A DNA stretch of 63,677 bases, filler included, from Octopus bimaculoides (GCF_001194135.2; 5 parts of 5 records of this genome joined end to end with filler, not necessarily neighbours in it), one strand, 5' to 3'. Numbered from the whole stretch's first letter, positions 28,965 to 39,559 are shown. Notes: generated from the letters alone by a model not told the origin. Translations and numbers: made by a program.

Positions 28965-29292
28965 TTATGTTAATTTTTGCTCGGATGGTATGTAATTGTT
29001 TGTCCCAATAAATTCTTGACAGCAATTTTACCAAATTTCATTTTGAGAATAGAATAATTGTTTATTTCATAATAGAGATTAGTTAAATTGCTTTAGGAGT
29101 CAAGCATACTGTTCAATGAAGTGATAGGGTATCTATATCAATCAGTCATATGATTTAATTCAAACAGTATCTCATCAATGTATGAAAATATATCTAATGA
29201 CAAATAAAAAAGATATTGACAGATAGAGTAGAAGTTTAGGTGTATTTCAAGAAGGAAAAAAATAGACAAATAAATAAAACCATATTAAATAC

Positions 29293-29379
29293 CGGCAAAG
29301 AGGCGAATAACTGGTAAATGGATACTGACAGGCTGGCTAGCAACATCATATTTTATACACTGAGCTACAATTCCTGCAA
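29293..29379 (-). CDS. UBR1/UBR2: UBR1/UBR2 exon (87 nt, phase 1/1): (F)AGIVAQCIKYDVASQPVSIHLPVIRLFA(G)
   Basis: atctatttcag|TT GCA ... GCC G|gtattt. Carries the conserved VSIHLPLSRxxAG motif. Confidence 0.94.
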
Positions 29380-29486
29380 CTGAAATAGATAAAAATATAT
29401 TACCTTAAAGGGAAATGTTACAAAGAATTTTACACAAATCAGGTACTGACTTTACGTAGAACAAAATTTTCACATAAGTTTCATGT

Positions 29487-29720
29487 ATATGTAGGACATG
29501 GTTTTAATTTATATGTAGGACAAGGTTTTAATTTATATGTAGGACAAGGTTTTAATTTATATGTAGGACATGGTTTTAATTTATATGTAGGACATGGTTT
29601 TAATTTATATGTAGGACAAGGTTTTAATTTATATGTAGGACAAGGTTTTAATTTATATGTAGGACAAGGTTTTAATTTATATGTAGGACAAGGTTTTAAT
29701 TTATATGTAGGACAAGGTTT
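29487..29720. repeat. 24-bp minisatellite, ~10 near-perfect units (GGTTTTAATTTATATGTAGGACAA)
   Basis: Direct reading. It generates the spurious KLKPCPTY ORF. Confidence 0.97.
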
Positions 29721-29780
29721 TGATTTACACATAAGACAAGGCTCAAATCTAGAAAGAACAATGGTTGAATTTACCCTCAC

Positions 29781-29868
29781 AATCTTCCATTTTATGGGCA
29801 TCCAGTTTATCTCTACATTGGTAAAGGGTACAAAGAGTAGATCTAAAACAGTCACTAAAAACTGAAGC
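29781..29868 (-). CDS. UBR1/UBR2: UBR1/UBR2 exon (88 nt, phase 0/1): ASVFSDCFRSTLCTLYQCRDKLDAHKMED
   Basis: ctactttcag|GCT ... GAT T|gtgagg. Poorly conserved segment, but it bridges the phases of two well-supported neighbours exactly. Confidence 0.8.
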
Positions 29869-30262
29869 CTGAAAGTAGACAAGAGTAGAATGTGGAATGA
29901 AAGTTTATAGCATCACTTTACCTCTATTACCTATATTCAATCCAAATTACTAAAATGTTTTCAGAGTTAGTGCTTTATAGCTTTGCATTTCCTCAAAACC
30001 AAAACATACTAAAGATCAATACCCACATCACAGCCCTGCTTGGCAGTGAGGCTCACCTGAGTAACACTGGCCCAGCATATATAATTGTAAATATGTACAA
30101 CAGGTAAATACGGTTTCACAGCAAGTAATTACTATACAAAGGACTAAAGTGCTTTGTAAGCCAAGGGTGATCAGTTCAAATTCTCACCTAGATCCAATGA
30201 TTACAGAAGTCATCACAGCATGAAGAAAAAAATTTTCCACACTGCTAGACATAACTATATTC

Positions 30263-30505
30263 CTGTATGATCCATTTTACATGACATGACAGCTATACAC
30301 CCGTATGATCCAGTTACAACAATAGCTGTTCACCTGTATAATTCATGTTATAATACATGACAAGAATATATCTATATGAGCCATATTGCAACACATGACA
30401 ATTATACACCTGAGTGTATCCATGTTACAATTCATGACAAAAATACATTTGTATGATCCATGTTACACAACATGACAACTTGATGTCTGTGAGCCAATGT
30501 TACTA
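30263..30505. repeat. Decayed ~38-bp minisatellite, ~6-7 units (TGTATGATCCATGTTACAACACATGACAACTATACACC-like)
   Basis: Recurring tgtatgatcc and catgaca motifs at ~35-39 bp spacing. Confidence 0.75.
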
Positions 30506-30529
30506 TAAAGACCTCCTTTGGTCAAGAAT

Positions 30530-30830
30530 GACCATGGGATTGCACCTAGAAAGTTCTCCTCCAAGGAACAAGTCCGGGCAAGGTTGTTTATGGAAGACCA
30601 GCAGTCACCCAGGCATACCAGTCCCCCCCTCTCCACGCCACCAATGTTATCCAAGGGAAAGGCAAAGACCGATACAGCTTGGTATCAGTGACATCACAAC
30701 TCATTTCTACAGCTGAGTGAACTGGAGCAATGCGAAAAAGAGTCTTGCTCAAGAACACAGCACTGTCCGAGAATCGAACTCACCACCTCATGACTGTGAG
30801 CCCGACACTCTAACCACTGAGTCATGCATC
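30530..30830 (-). mobile_element. SINE family C/D, intronic in UBR
   Basis: Reverse match to the 13757 copy, including ccaagggaaaggcaaag. Confidence 0.8.
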
Positions 30831-30998
30831 TTCACAATGTTGCAATACATTACAACTATCAGACAGCTTATACACCAGCATGATCCAACAGGTCAGACCC
30901 AAATCATAATATTTCAAGTAACCCACCATAAGAAATAACAGATGTAAAATAATTAAAAACAAAAACAAATTTAATAAACTTCAAAATAAAATTCTTAC

Positions 30999-31127
30999 AT
31001 TACTGCCACACCAGTCCAAAAACAAAGCAATGTTATCTTGTAAACGAAGTTGAAGATTAAATGCACTTTCCCATTCTGGTTCTATTTCTAAATGTTGACC
31101 AGTTTTACGGGTGACAGAATCCATTCC
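30999..31127 (-). CDS. UBR1/UBR2: UBR1/UBR2 exon (129 nt, phase 0/0): GMDSVTRKTGQHLEIEPEWESAFNLQLRLQDNIALFLDWCGSN
   Basis: gttttacag|GGA ... AAT|gtaaga. Hallmark MQGM...GQHIEVDPDWE-type motif of UBR1/2. Lies within ORF 30981..31163. Confidence 0.96.
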
Positions 31128-31397
31128 CTGTAAAACAAGAAAAGAGAGATTGTAATGAAACAATATTTAAAGAATTGTTGTTTGTTGATAGTTTGGAAAA
31201 AGCCAAGTGGAGAAAAAAAAAAAAAATTCTACAACAATTTTATATCTTTAAAGGAATTTTAACACAACCTATGCAATTTTCAGATCCTTTCCACTTCCTT
31301 TAAACACAATGAACATAACTATTTTGCTGATGTCATTGAGCTGTGGAAGCTTCTTTCTGTTTACTAAATAGGTTCTTCAGTTTCAGAACTAACTTAC

Positions 31398-31503
31398 TTG
31401 TATGCTTATCAAAAGATCAAGCAATGCATTAAAGCCATTGCAGAAGCTTTTCTTCAATTGGTCTGTCCACTCTTCAGCACTTGGTTTACACAGCAATGCA
31501 TAT
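31398..31503 (-). CDS. UBR1/UBR2: UBR1/UBR2 exon (106 nt, phase 2/0): YALLCKPSAEEWTDQLKKSFCNGFNALLDLLISIQ
   Basis: catttcag|A TAT ... CAA|gtaagt. Similar to UBR1 [33 protein letters not shown]. Lies within ORF 31389..31622. Confidence 0.95.
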
Positions 31504-31564
31504 CTGAAATGTATGATAATGTATACAATATTAAAACTGCTAAATATATATATATATATATATA

Positions 31565-32010
31565 TAAGGAAGAAGCCCCAAACATAATTAAATGGAAGCT
31601 CCTTGAACAACCAGGGACTCATATAAACAAGAGCAAACGATGTAAGCTTTGCTTGGCAGAGAGGGAAAGAATCCTAAAAAAAAACTCACTTGACCTGGAG
31701 ACCTTTTTAAACTCCAAGAAAGAAGTATTTAGTCAATGCCCTCATCTAAAACATTCCTTACTTCAGACTTGGAATTCCCCATTTGTTGAATAGGCCAGCT
31801 ACAGCTCCTTTGAATATTACCACAGCCAAAGCCAATGTAAAAAGGATAACTCCATCCCAGCACAGACAATTATTTTTTGTTTACAAAACCAACTGATCAT
31901 TACATATTTCTTCCTCCAGTTGCAGAGAAGTTATGCTTCAGCTATATTTGAGTCTGATGAGTCACCTATACTGCTAAGCATTTTATGGGTGCAAAACCAA
32001 TGGTCATTCT
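31565..32010 (+). mobile_element. Penelope-like element 3' end (GIY-YIG C-terminus plus downstream region)
   Basis: NIIKWKLLEQ...SKRCKLCLAERERIL...LNSKKEVFSQCPH matches the PLE pattern IKWSIL...CxLCLxEK...LNKRxE...CRH. A hammerhead motif follows the stop codon. Confidence 0.8.
31950..32009 (+). ncRNA. Decayed type I hammerhead ribozyme (G12A) in the Penelope downstream region
   Basis: GAGT-CTGATGA-G-T-CACCTATA...TATGGGTG-C-AAAAC-CAATG-GTC-ATTC. All three stems form, but CGAAA reads CAAAA. Confidence 0.6.
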
Positions 32011-32041
32011 TTGACTGTGCATAACTTTTTAAATAAATATA

Positions 32042-32083
<42 letters not shown>

Positions 32084-32852
32084 TCCCACCCACATATGAT
32101 ATTAAATAAGTTCACAAGTCATATATCATAATATCAAATACAACTTATGAAATGTAAAATGACAAACTGCAAATTAGAAGTAAATAATGAAAAGAATTGA
32201 GTTTTGTCAGATTTGTGATTTAAATATAAAATAACTCAAACAAGGCCCCACTCTAGTGATTCAAGCACTCAAAATCCTCGTCATTATCCGCTATGTAAAG
32301 TAATTTAGGTGATGAGGCTACTGTGAACTTACTGATTATTTAAATAAGATCCACCCCATGCATATTTCACATATATTTAAGAATACTTGGATCCTTCTCC
32401 ACAAAAATAATAGGAGCAAACTGGCATTGGAGAGAGTGTCTTGCAGTTTTTGATTTAGCTCCCTGCACCAGTTCAAACCCCACTGAGGTCAACTGTGTCT
32501 CTGACCCTTTTGGGGATCTATAAAGTACCCCTTCTTGACTGGGATTGACTCTTCTCTCTCCCACAGGAAGAAAATGGACTGAACAGACCTGGAGAGGGAT
32601 GGGTTCTGCTAAGCCCAGAAATGTCCAAGACACATCATGTCATGACAGTGCCCTTATAGCTCTATCAAGAGTTGAGGATCCAATATGATATGGTTTCATT
32701 TATTGTCAAACCCCACAACAACTTTTATAAAATTAAGTAATCCACAAAAACTTCTGTTTTTTTTCCCTTTAATATTTTACAAACTTCTAATTTCCATATT
32801 CTGGAAGTTATCAAATCAAGTTAGCTTTACTCTATACACAAGAGCTACTTAC

Positions 32853-32931
32853 TTTAGATCATATAGTATAAACCAAGCTCTCTTAAATGAGTTGCCATTT
32901 TCACTTCTTCCAAATGATAATTTTCCTCTCT
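32853..32931 (-). CDS. UBR1/UBR2: UBR1/UBR2 exon (79 nt, phase 1/2): (K)RGKLSFGRSENGNSFKRAWFILYDL(K)
   Basis: tttgcgttgcag|AG ... CTA AA|gtaagt. Ends in the conserved xDLKY motif, which the next exon completes. Confidence 0.92.
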
Positions 32932-33199
32932 CTGCAACGCAAACGAAAACATTAAAAAGAAACTCAAAATTAAACCATTAACTTACGATAAGTTAATTAC
33001 AGCATAAATATTAATCAAATTCAGTAACATAACGAAATATTAAACACCAATGCAATTAGTTAAAGAAACAGTATTTAATAAACAAAAATGTTATTGGATA
33101 CTAGTTTTGAAAAGTGTTTGCAATGAAGGGTTTAAAAAATGTACTTCAGGTACAAGAGGGGGTAAACAGCTTTTTTCAACCATTCAGTAGCAAAGAGAA

Positions 33200-33410
33200 A
33201 TAATCCTATGGATTTGGATTTAAACTGAATAATCCATTGGATTTAAACTGAATAATCCATTGGATTTAAATTGAATAATCCCATGGGTTTAAATTGAATA
33301 ATCCATTNNNNNNNNNNCTGAATAATCCATTGGATTTAAACTGAATAATCCATTGGATTTAAATTGAATAATCTTATGGATTTAAATTGAATAATCCTAT
33401 GGATTTAAAG
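33200..33410. repeat. 23-bp minisatellite, at least 8 units (GGATTTAAACTGAATAATCCATT)
   Basis: Unit starts at 33216, 33239, 33262, 33285 and so on, with a 10-N gap inside. Confidence 0.95.
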
Positions 33411-33458
33411 AGTTAATGAATAAGAAAGTACATGTGAAGTGAAAGTGAAACAACTTAC

Positions 33459-33540
33459 TATTCTTTTTACTTTCACATTGTTTTAAGAAGGTCTGCAATA
33501 TCACTCCCAACAGGTTGTGTTCTGTGATTAGGAAACGAGC
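33459..33540 (-). CDS. UBR1/UBR2: UBR1/UBR2 exon (82 nt, phase 0/1): ARFLITEHNLLGVILQTFLKQCESKKN
   Basis: ctttatcatag|GCT ... AAT A|gtaagt. Similar to UBR1 ARHLIEEQNVISVITETLL. Joins exon A or exon B in frame. Confidence 0.93.
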
Positions 33541-35519
33541 CTATGATAAAGACAAAACAGTAGCATAATAGTTTTGGAAAGTTGTATAGAATTAAAATTC
33601 ATATTTAAACATAAACTTTAAATAACAAACCTAACTTCAATTAACCACTAATAATTAGTCTGCTCCGGTCATGCGAGACAAGGTCCCACTTCACAGTTCA
33701 GTGATCACAAATGGTATCCAGCAATAAAACTATTTCAATTAATTCCTACAAATTCCACAATTTCTATAAATATCTTAGTAGAGATATTTACTGTAATAAA
33801 ATTTACAGGGAAATGTATGGGATAAGAGGAGGGCAGACTGTCAAACCTTGCTGGGTTTTGACTGTCCATCTTCCTGAGGTTGATAAAGTAAAGAGTTAAA
33901 TACTGGAGGCTAATTTAGGCTAATTTAATTCACTGTGCATTGTTCCTCTTTCAACAATCAGTGACATTGTGTCAAAGCTAGTAGTCTGTGTAATATTCTT
34001 GAATAAATTGTAACTAATACAAAAGAAATAAAACCATAGCTATTATAAAAACAAGTATTCAAAAAAAGATAATCAAATACATTTTTAATTAAACCAATTA
34101 TTTTGTGATAGGTTATAATGGATTTCAGTTTAAAAGTTCTCAGTTAATGAGGATGCTATTTACCAAAAGAGCAACTCCATCAAACAATATCTTTGACTCT
34201 CTCTCTCTCTCATACATTCACATGTTTATATTTATGTCTGTTTTCCATACTTGCATGGGTTAGATGAATATGCTGTTAAGGCGTTGTTTTACAGCCAAAT
34301 GCTTTTGGTTACTAACCTTTACATGTTTTACAATTAAGGGAACTCATATCCCACTATGCTTTGAAGGCACAAATGATTTGTTGATAGAATAACTGACAAC
34401 AACAACACACATACACACAGAGTAATTCAGAATGAATGGTACAAAAAACAAAGCAAAAAAAGAAAAAACATACATGTGAGTGTTGTAATTAATATACTGT
34501 ATAATACAGGTATTCTTTTTTCTATCACTCATTTTGAATTACCATGTATATATGCATAGACAATAGTCCTTTTTTTTTAGTTTCCATAAATCAAATCCAC
34601 TCACAACATGGTTTTAGTCAACTGAAGACTGTAACATGACACCTGCTCAAGGTGCCATGCAGTGGGGTTGAAACCCAAACCATGTGGTTGGGAAGTGAAC
34701 TTCTTAACCACACAGCCATGCCTTTGCCTAAATATGTAGTAATACTGCTAAGCAGTACTTGGATGTCCATTAAGGACTTCCATAATCTTATTTTATTAAT
34801 CTCTCTCTCTCTTTCTCACATTTGTTATATGTGTGTGTGTGAAAGACAGAGAGAGAATAACAAAATATAAGTGTGAAAATCCTTAACAGACACCCAGGTA
34901 TTGCTCAACAATAGAAATAGAAGATTAAAACTTTATAAATACTTTAAAATAGGCAATACATTAAAAATGAAGACCATTTAAAGTTAATCACAGGAATGCC
35001 AGATAACACAGCTCCAACAGAGTTTCTACTTAACAAAAATATTTTTTTGTTAAATGATAATTAATGAAGGGAAAACTAATGTGCCAATGAGTTTCATTTT
35101 TAATTCTTTAATGCTTTAGACAGAGGAGGAAAGGCAAACCACCAACAGCGTTTCTCAGGGCTTCAGAGAATGGTGGAAAGGAAAGAAGAAGTTAATCAAA
35201 GACCAAAGACTTGATCCAATAATTGCAACAGAGTGCATTCTACTGAAGACAGCAAACTGGCAACTCCAATACTTCAGGCATGCTGCTTATCTAAAGTTTA
35301 GCTCTTTAACTGTGCAATTAAATTTCATGATTATTCCACTCCTGATGTTGAATATCGATCATAAAACAGAATTGGTATTTCCTACAAGTCATGTTATCTC
35401 AACAAACTTAACATGTCTCAACATAAAAATAGTTTCAAACATGACATTCCTCAAGAAAAGACAATTTGGGATATAAAACTGGTTTCTGAAGTTAAGGGAG
35501 AGGACATATCTGATTTCTT

Positions 35520-35748
35520 GTTTCTTTATTGCCCACAAGGGGCTAAACATAGAGGGGATAAACAAGGATAGACAAAGGGATTAAGTCGATTACATCGACT
35601 CCAGTGCACAACTGGTACTTAATTTATCGACCCTGAAAGGATGAAAGGCAAAGTTGACCTCGGCGGAATTTGAACTCAGAACAAAACGGCAGACGTAATA
35701 ACGCTAAGCATTTAGTTCGTGCTAACGTTTCCGCCAGCTCGCCGCCTT
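35520..35748 (-). mobile_element. Family B SINE, young-looking, alternative tail
   Basis: Reverse head ccagctcgccgcct. Core intact and CpGs retained. Confidence 0.88.
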
Positions 35749-35765
35749 TATATATATATCTGATT

Positions 35766-36135
35766 GGAGGTGCAATGGCCCAGTGGTTAGGGCAGCGGAC
35801 TCGCGGTTTCAAATCCCAGACTGGGCGTTGTGAGTGTTTATAGAGTGAAAACACCTAAAAGCTCCACAAGGCCCCAGCAGGGGGTGGTGGCGAACCCTGC
35901 TGTACTCTTTCGCCACAACTTTCTCTCACTCTTTCTTCCTGTTTCTTTTGTGCCTGTAGTTCAAAGGGTCAGCCTTGTCACACTGTGTCACGCTGAATAT
36001 CCCCGAGAACTACGTTAAGGGTACACGTGTCTGTGGAGTGCTCAGCCACTTGCACGTTAATTTCACGAGCAGGCTGTTCCGTTGATCGGATCAACTGGAA
36101 CCCTCAACGTCGTAAGCGGCGGAGTGCCAACAACA
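35766..36135 (+). mobile_element. tRNA-derived SINE family F (local name) with 10-bp TSD
   Basis: Head GGAGGTGCAATGGCCCAGTGGTTAGGGCAGCGGACTC, (CAA)n tail. ATATCTGATT at 35756 and 36136. Confidence 0.9.
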
Positions 36136-36580
36136 ATATCTGATTATATATATCTGATTTCTGCAGTAAAATGGGTTAATAGCTATTGCACACTACAAAA
36201 ATAAATAAATAAAACTTTTGTACAGATGGTTCAAATTCTTGCATACTGATTGTTGATAACTTTTGGGATTAAAATACCTGCAACATTTGCTGTGAATTTA
36301 TTAATTCTTCTCCAAAATCCTGATCTGTGGCAAATAAGCAGCTCAAGGAATTTTTCCAAACCTGTTTGTCCATATCAAGAAGTAGGAATATCAAGAGATA
36401 TTCTGATGACATACTGATACTGTTCTTTGGTTACTATTTACCATCAGCCCATGGTAAGGTTCTATAAATAATACTTTAATCCATTTTGAAATAAGGATTC
36501 ACTTATAGTTGTCAAAATAATTTAACATTTTGTTGACAAACTAACATGACTTATTTCAGATAGTCAGATGTTTAATATAT

Positions 36581-36685
<105 letters not shown>

Positions 36686-36709
36686 CACACATACACACAC
36701 ATATATGTG

Positions 36710-37579
36710 CAGGGTGCTATGGGTAAATTGTCGCATTTTATATTCTTAATTTTGCATATGCACATTGTTTGTTTTTGATTTTTTTTAACTACAAAGTATA
36801 GTAGGGTCAGTTGGGCACCATCTGCGACAAAAAAAAAAAAAAAAGCACCATGACGCAATTCACTTTGCTATGTTGTACTGCTTGGCATTCATGCCGGAAG
36901 CTCCAACACGGACATTTCAGAGTGTTTGTGTTTCAATCTGAGGACATGTATTGAGAGTGATAAAAAGATCAAACCTCCCATCAACATTATGGTGTCTGGA
37001 GTGATCACTAGTGATGGCAACATTATGCCTCCATTCATCTTCGCACACAGCCTCACACTCAACACGGAAGCCTACGTCAAGTGGCTGGAGGAGGTAGTAT
37101 TGCCCTAGGCCATACTACCTCCTCATACTGCTGGAAGACCTTATGTCTGGCAACAGGACTCTGCACCATGCCACGCAAGCAGGAGAACCCAGTCATGGCT
37201 GTCAGACAATTTCTGCGACCACATCACCCCTAACATCTGGCTATCTAACTCGCTAGACTGCATCCCCTTGATTATTATATGTAGAGTGCAGTTGAGCGAG
37301 AGACCAACAAAACTCTTTGTAACACCAAAGATGAACTGAAGGCAAGGATTATGGAAGCATTCACCAACTTAAATAAGGAGACCATCCAGAAGAGTTGCAG
37401 GAGATTCTGAAGTCATCTGGAGGCTGTGGTTGAAGCCAATGACAATTTTATAGAATAAATTTACTCTTTAGTATTTCAAGATATTTTTATGTAATTTTGG
37501 TAAATATATCTTAAAATGAGATGTCAGTGTTATTTTTATTTTTGCGTAAATTAGACAACAATTTATTCACCGCACCCTG
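36710..37579 (+). mobile_element. Tc1/mariner DD37D (maT-type) transposon, internally deleted and frameshifted
   Basis: Imperfect TIRs CAGGGTGC...AAATTG at both ends with TA on the right. YVWQQDSAPCH...WLSNSLDCIP(L)DYY, with 37 residues between the last two Asp once a 1-nt deletion is corrected. Confidence 0.88.
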
Positions 37580-37810
37580 TATGTGTGTATATATATATAT
37601 ATCTATATATATATATATATATATATATAGTAATATATTGCAAAATGTCTCAAATTATACAGCTACAAGAAACATTTCTTAGATCTTTTAATGATAACAT
37701 CTGGCAGCATATATTTCTGTGATGGAAATTAGTCTAAAAACATAGGTTTAGGTAATTTCTTTAGATATGGAACACTGCTTAAGAATGAGACAGCAGTAGA
37801 AACAACCTAC

Positions 37811-37909
37811 CACCTTAGGAGCTGTGAAAATCTGAAGGGAATCAGAGATAATGGAAACCGATCGTAAATGATCATCCTTGATAAAGTTCTGCATAAGTTC
37901 AGCATAGTG
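37811..37909 (-). CDS. UBR1/UBR2: UBR1/UBR2 internal exon, duplicated-exon variant B (99 nt, phase 0/0): HYAELMQNFIKDDHLRSVSIISDSLQIFTAPKV
   Basis: Long pyrimidine tract cttttgattttcttgtttcttattttag|CAC, donor GTG|gtaggt. Same length and phase as exon A, 15/33 aa identical including DDH and QIFT, no stops. Confidence 0.85.
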
Positions 37910-39559
37910 CTAAAATAAGAAACAAGAAAATCAAAAGAAACAGTAATAAAAATGTTATTACATGGCAGTCTTTGGCACTTACATAATCAATTACATCATT
38001 TTACATAAATAACAGCCATAAATATCAACTTTACTTTGTCATCCTTACAATACATAAACAGTTCTATCAAAGAAGTTTAAATTTTAAAATAGGTGAAAAT
38101 AGTATGTTATTAGTGATATCTTTTTTATAGTTGAACACAATTAGATATAAACATGTTTAGCTAATTCAGTTTTTAACAATCTAAATTTCTTTTTATGGAC
38201 AAATGCTTCAGTAGGTTGTACTTTCAATGAAAAAGAATTTAATTGTAAAGCAATACAACTATTAAAAACTATTGCAGAGGAGTAAATCAAATTTGATAAA
38301 TTTCTGTTTCATGGTTATCAATTGTATTCACAATTACAACAATTGATATTAAATTAGCAAATATTTGCTTTAAAAATGATAAAACAAATAGTTATGCTTT
38401 TATTATAAAGCAATTATTCATGCAACAATAGCATTTGGTGGTGCTGCCAAAGACAAACAATTTCTTTAAAAGAATTTCAAATTGTTTCAGTTGCTTTATA
38501 ACTTATTTGGTTCAGAAAATTAGTATATTTTTTAAAATAAATTTTAAGAAGTTTAACAAAAGCAAAAATGAAAATAAAAAAATTTCTATATATGGAATAT
38601 TCTCAGAGAAGCTTTGCAATATTGCACTTTAATTTTGATTTCATTTCTTTTTTTTCCAGCATGTATTTAAGCAAGCGCTAAAGATTGTTTAAAACAAGTA
38701 ATAATTCAACCATTGAAACTTCCAGAAAACAATGAAATCTTCATTAAAATATTACTGTAAATCAATGTCACATGTTAATTAATTTAGATAAAGAAAAGGC
38801 TAATTAATGATATACCTTTTTTCCATCATTTTAAAAAATGAAATGAAAAAGAAAGGGGAGAAATGTTTGTAATAAGCAGAACACACTTCAGCTCTATGTA
38901 CACTTTCATTCAACTAAAAGATTTATGAAAACTGACTGTCTTGTAATGTTTGTTTAACCTGGTGTAATTTTTTTTTTTAATGTTAGCTAGCCATGTAGAC
39001 CAATCAGCAAACAAGTATTGCAACCATTGCAATAGTGTGCAAACTATAAACAATAGGCACCAGGATTAAAACCAAGACACCTGCAATTCCCAGACAATTG
39101 CTTTCTCCACTTAAAAGTCAGCTGCAGCACCGATTTAAAGTTAGTTTTTAAGAAATGCCACAAAATACTCAAAAGAAAATAAACTATATTGCATTACATA
39201 ATTTGTTGCATTCAGCTACAAATGAAACCTGTCTGAACATCAAGTTTGTTTGAAAATTAAATATCTATCCTAGAATAACAATCTTATTCTATTTGTCAAT
39301 ATTGCTGAATCCTCCAAGAATTTAAAAGATACGAAAAAGTAACATGTCATTTAAGTTCCTTGATAGAATCAACACAATCACTAGACAGACCTAATTATAC
39401 CTACTTCTATACTAGTGTGCAGGTTAATAATTTCATGTAACATCAAGTCTAACTGAAGTACAATAAAGTTGATGCTTGGCTGTGATTTATGTTCAGGTGT
39501 TAGAAATTGTTTATGCAATTGCACAGTGAAACTGCCATGTGCTTTCCTGATTAACATAC

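Noticed and set aside
29110-29193. AG...GT exon-like segment after the last UBR exon
   Set aside because: In-frame TGA in the required phase and no similarity to the expected sequence.
29481-29882. ORF with KLKPCPTY repeats overlapping a UBR exon
   Set aside because: It is the translation of a 24-bp VNTR in a frame different from the exon. The exon frame stops shortly after the donor.
36277-36412. Open minus-strand frame ending at CAG|gtattt (LLDMDKQVWK)
   Set aside because: Only superficial resemblance to UBR, in the wrong order, with a weak acceptor.
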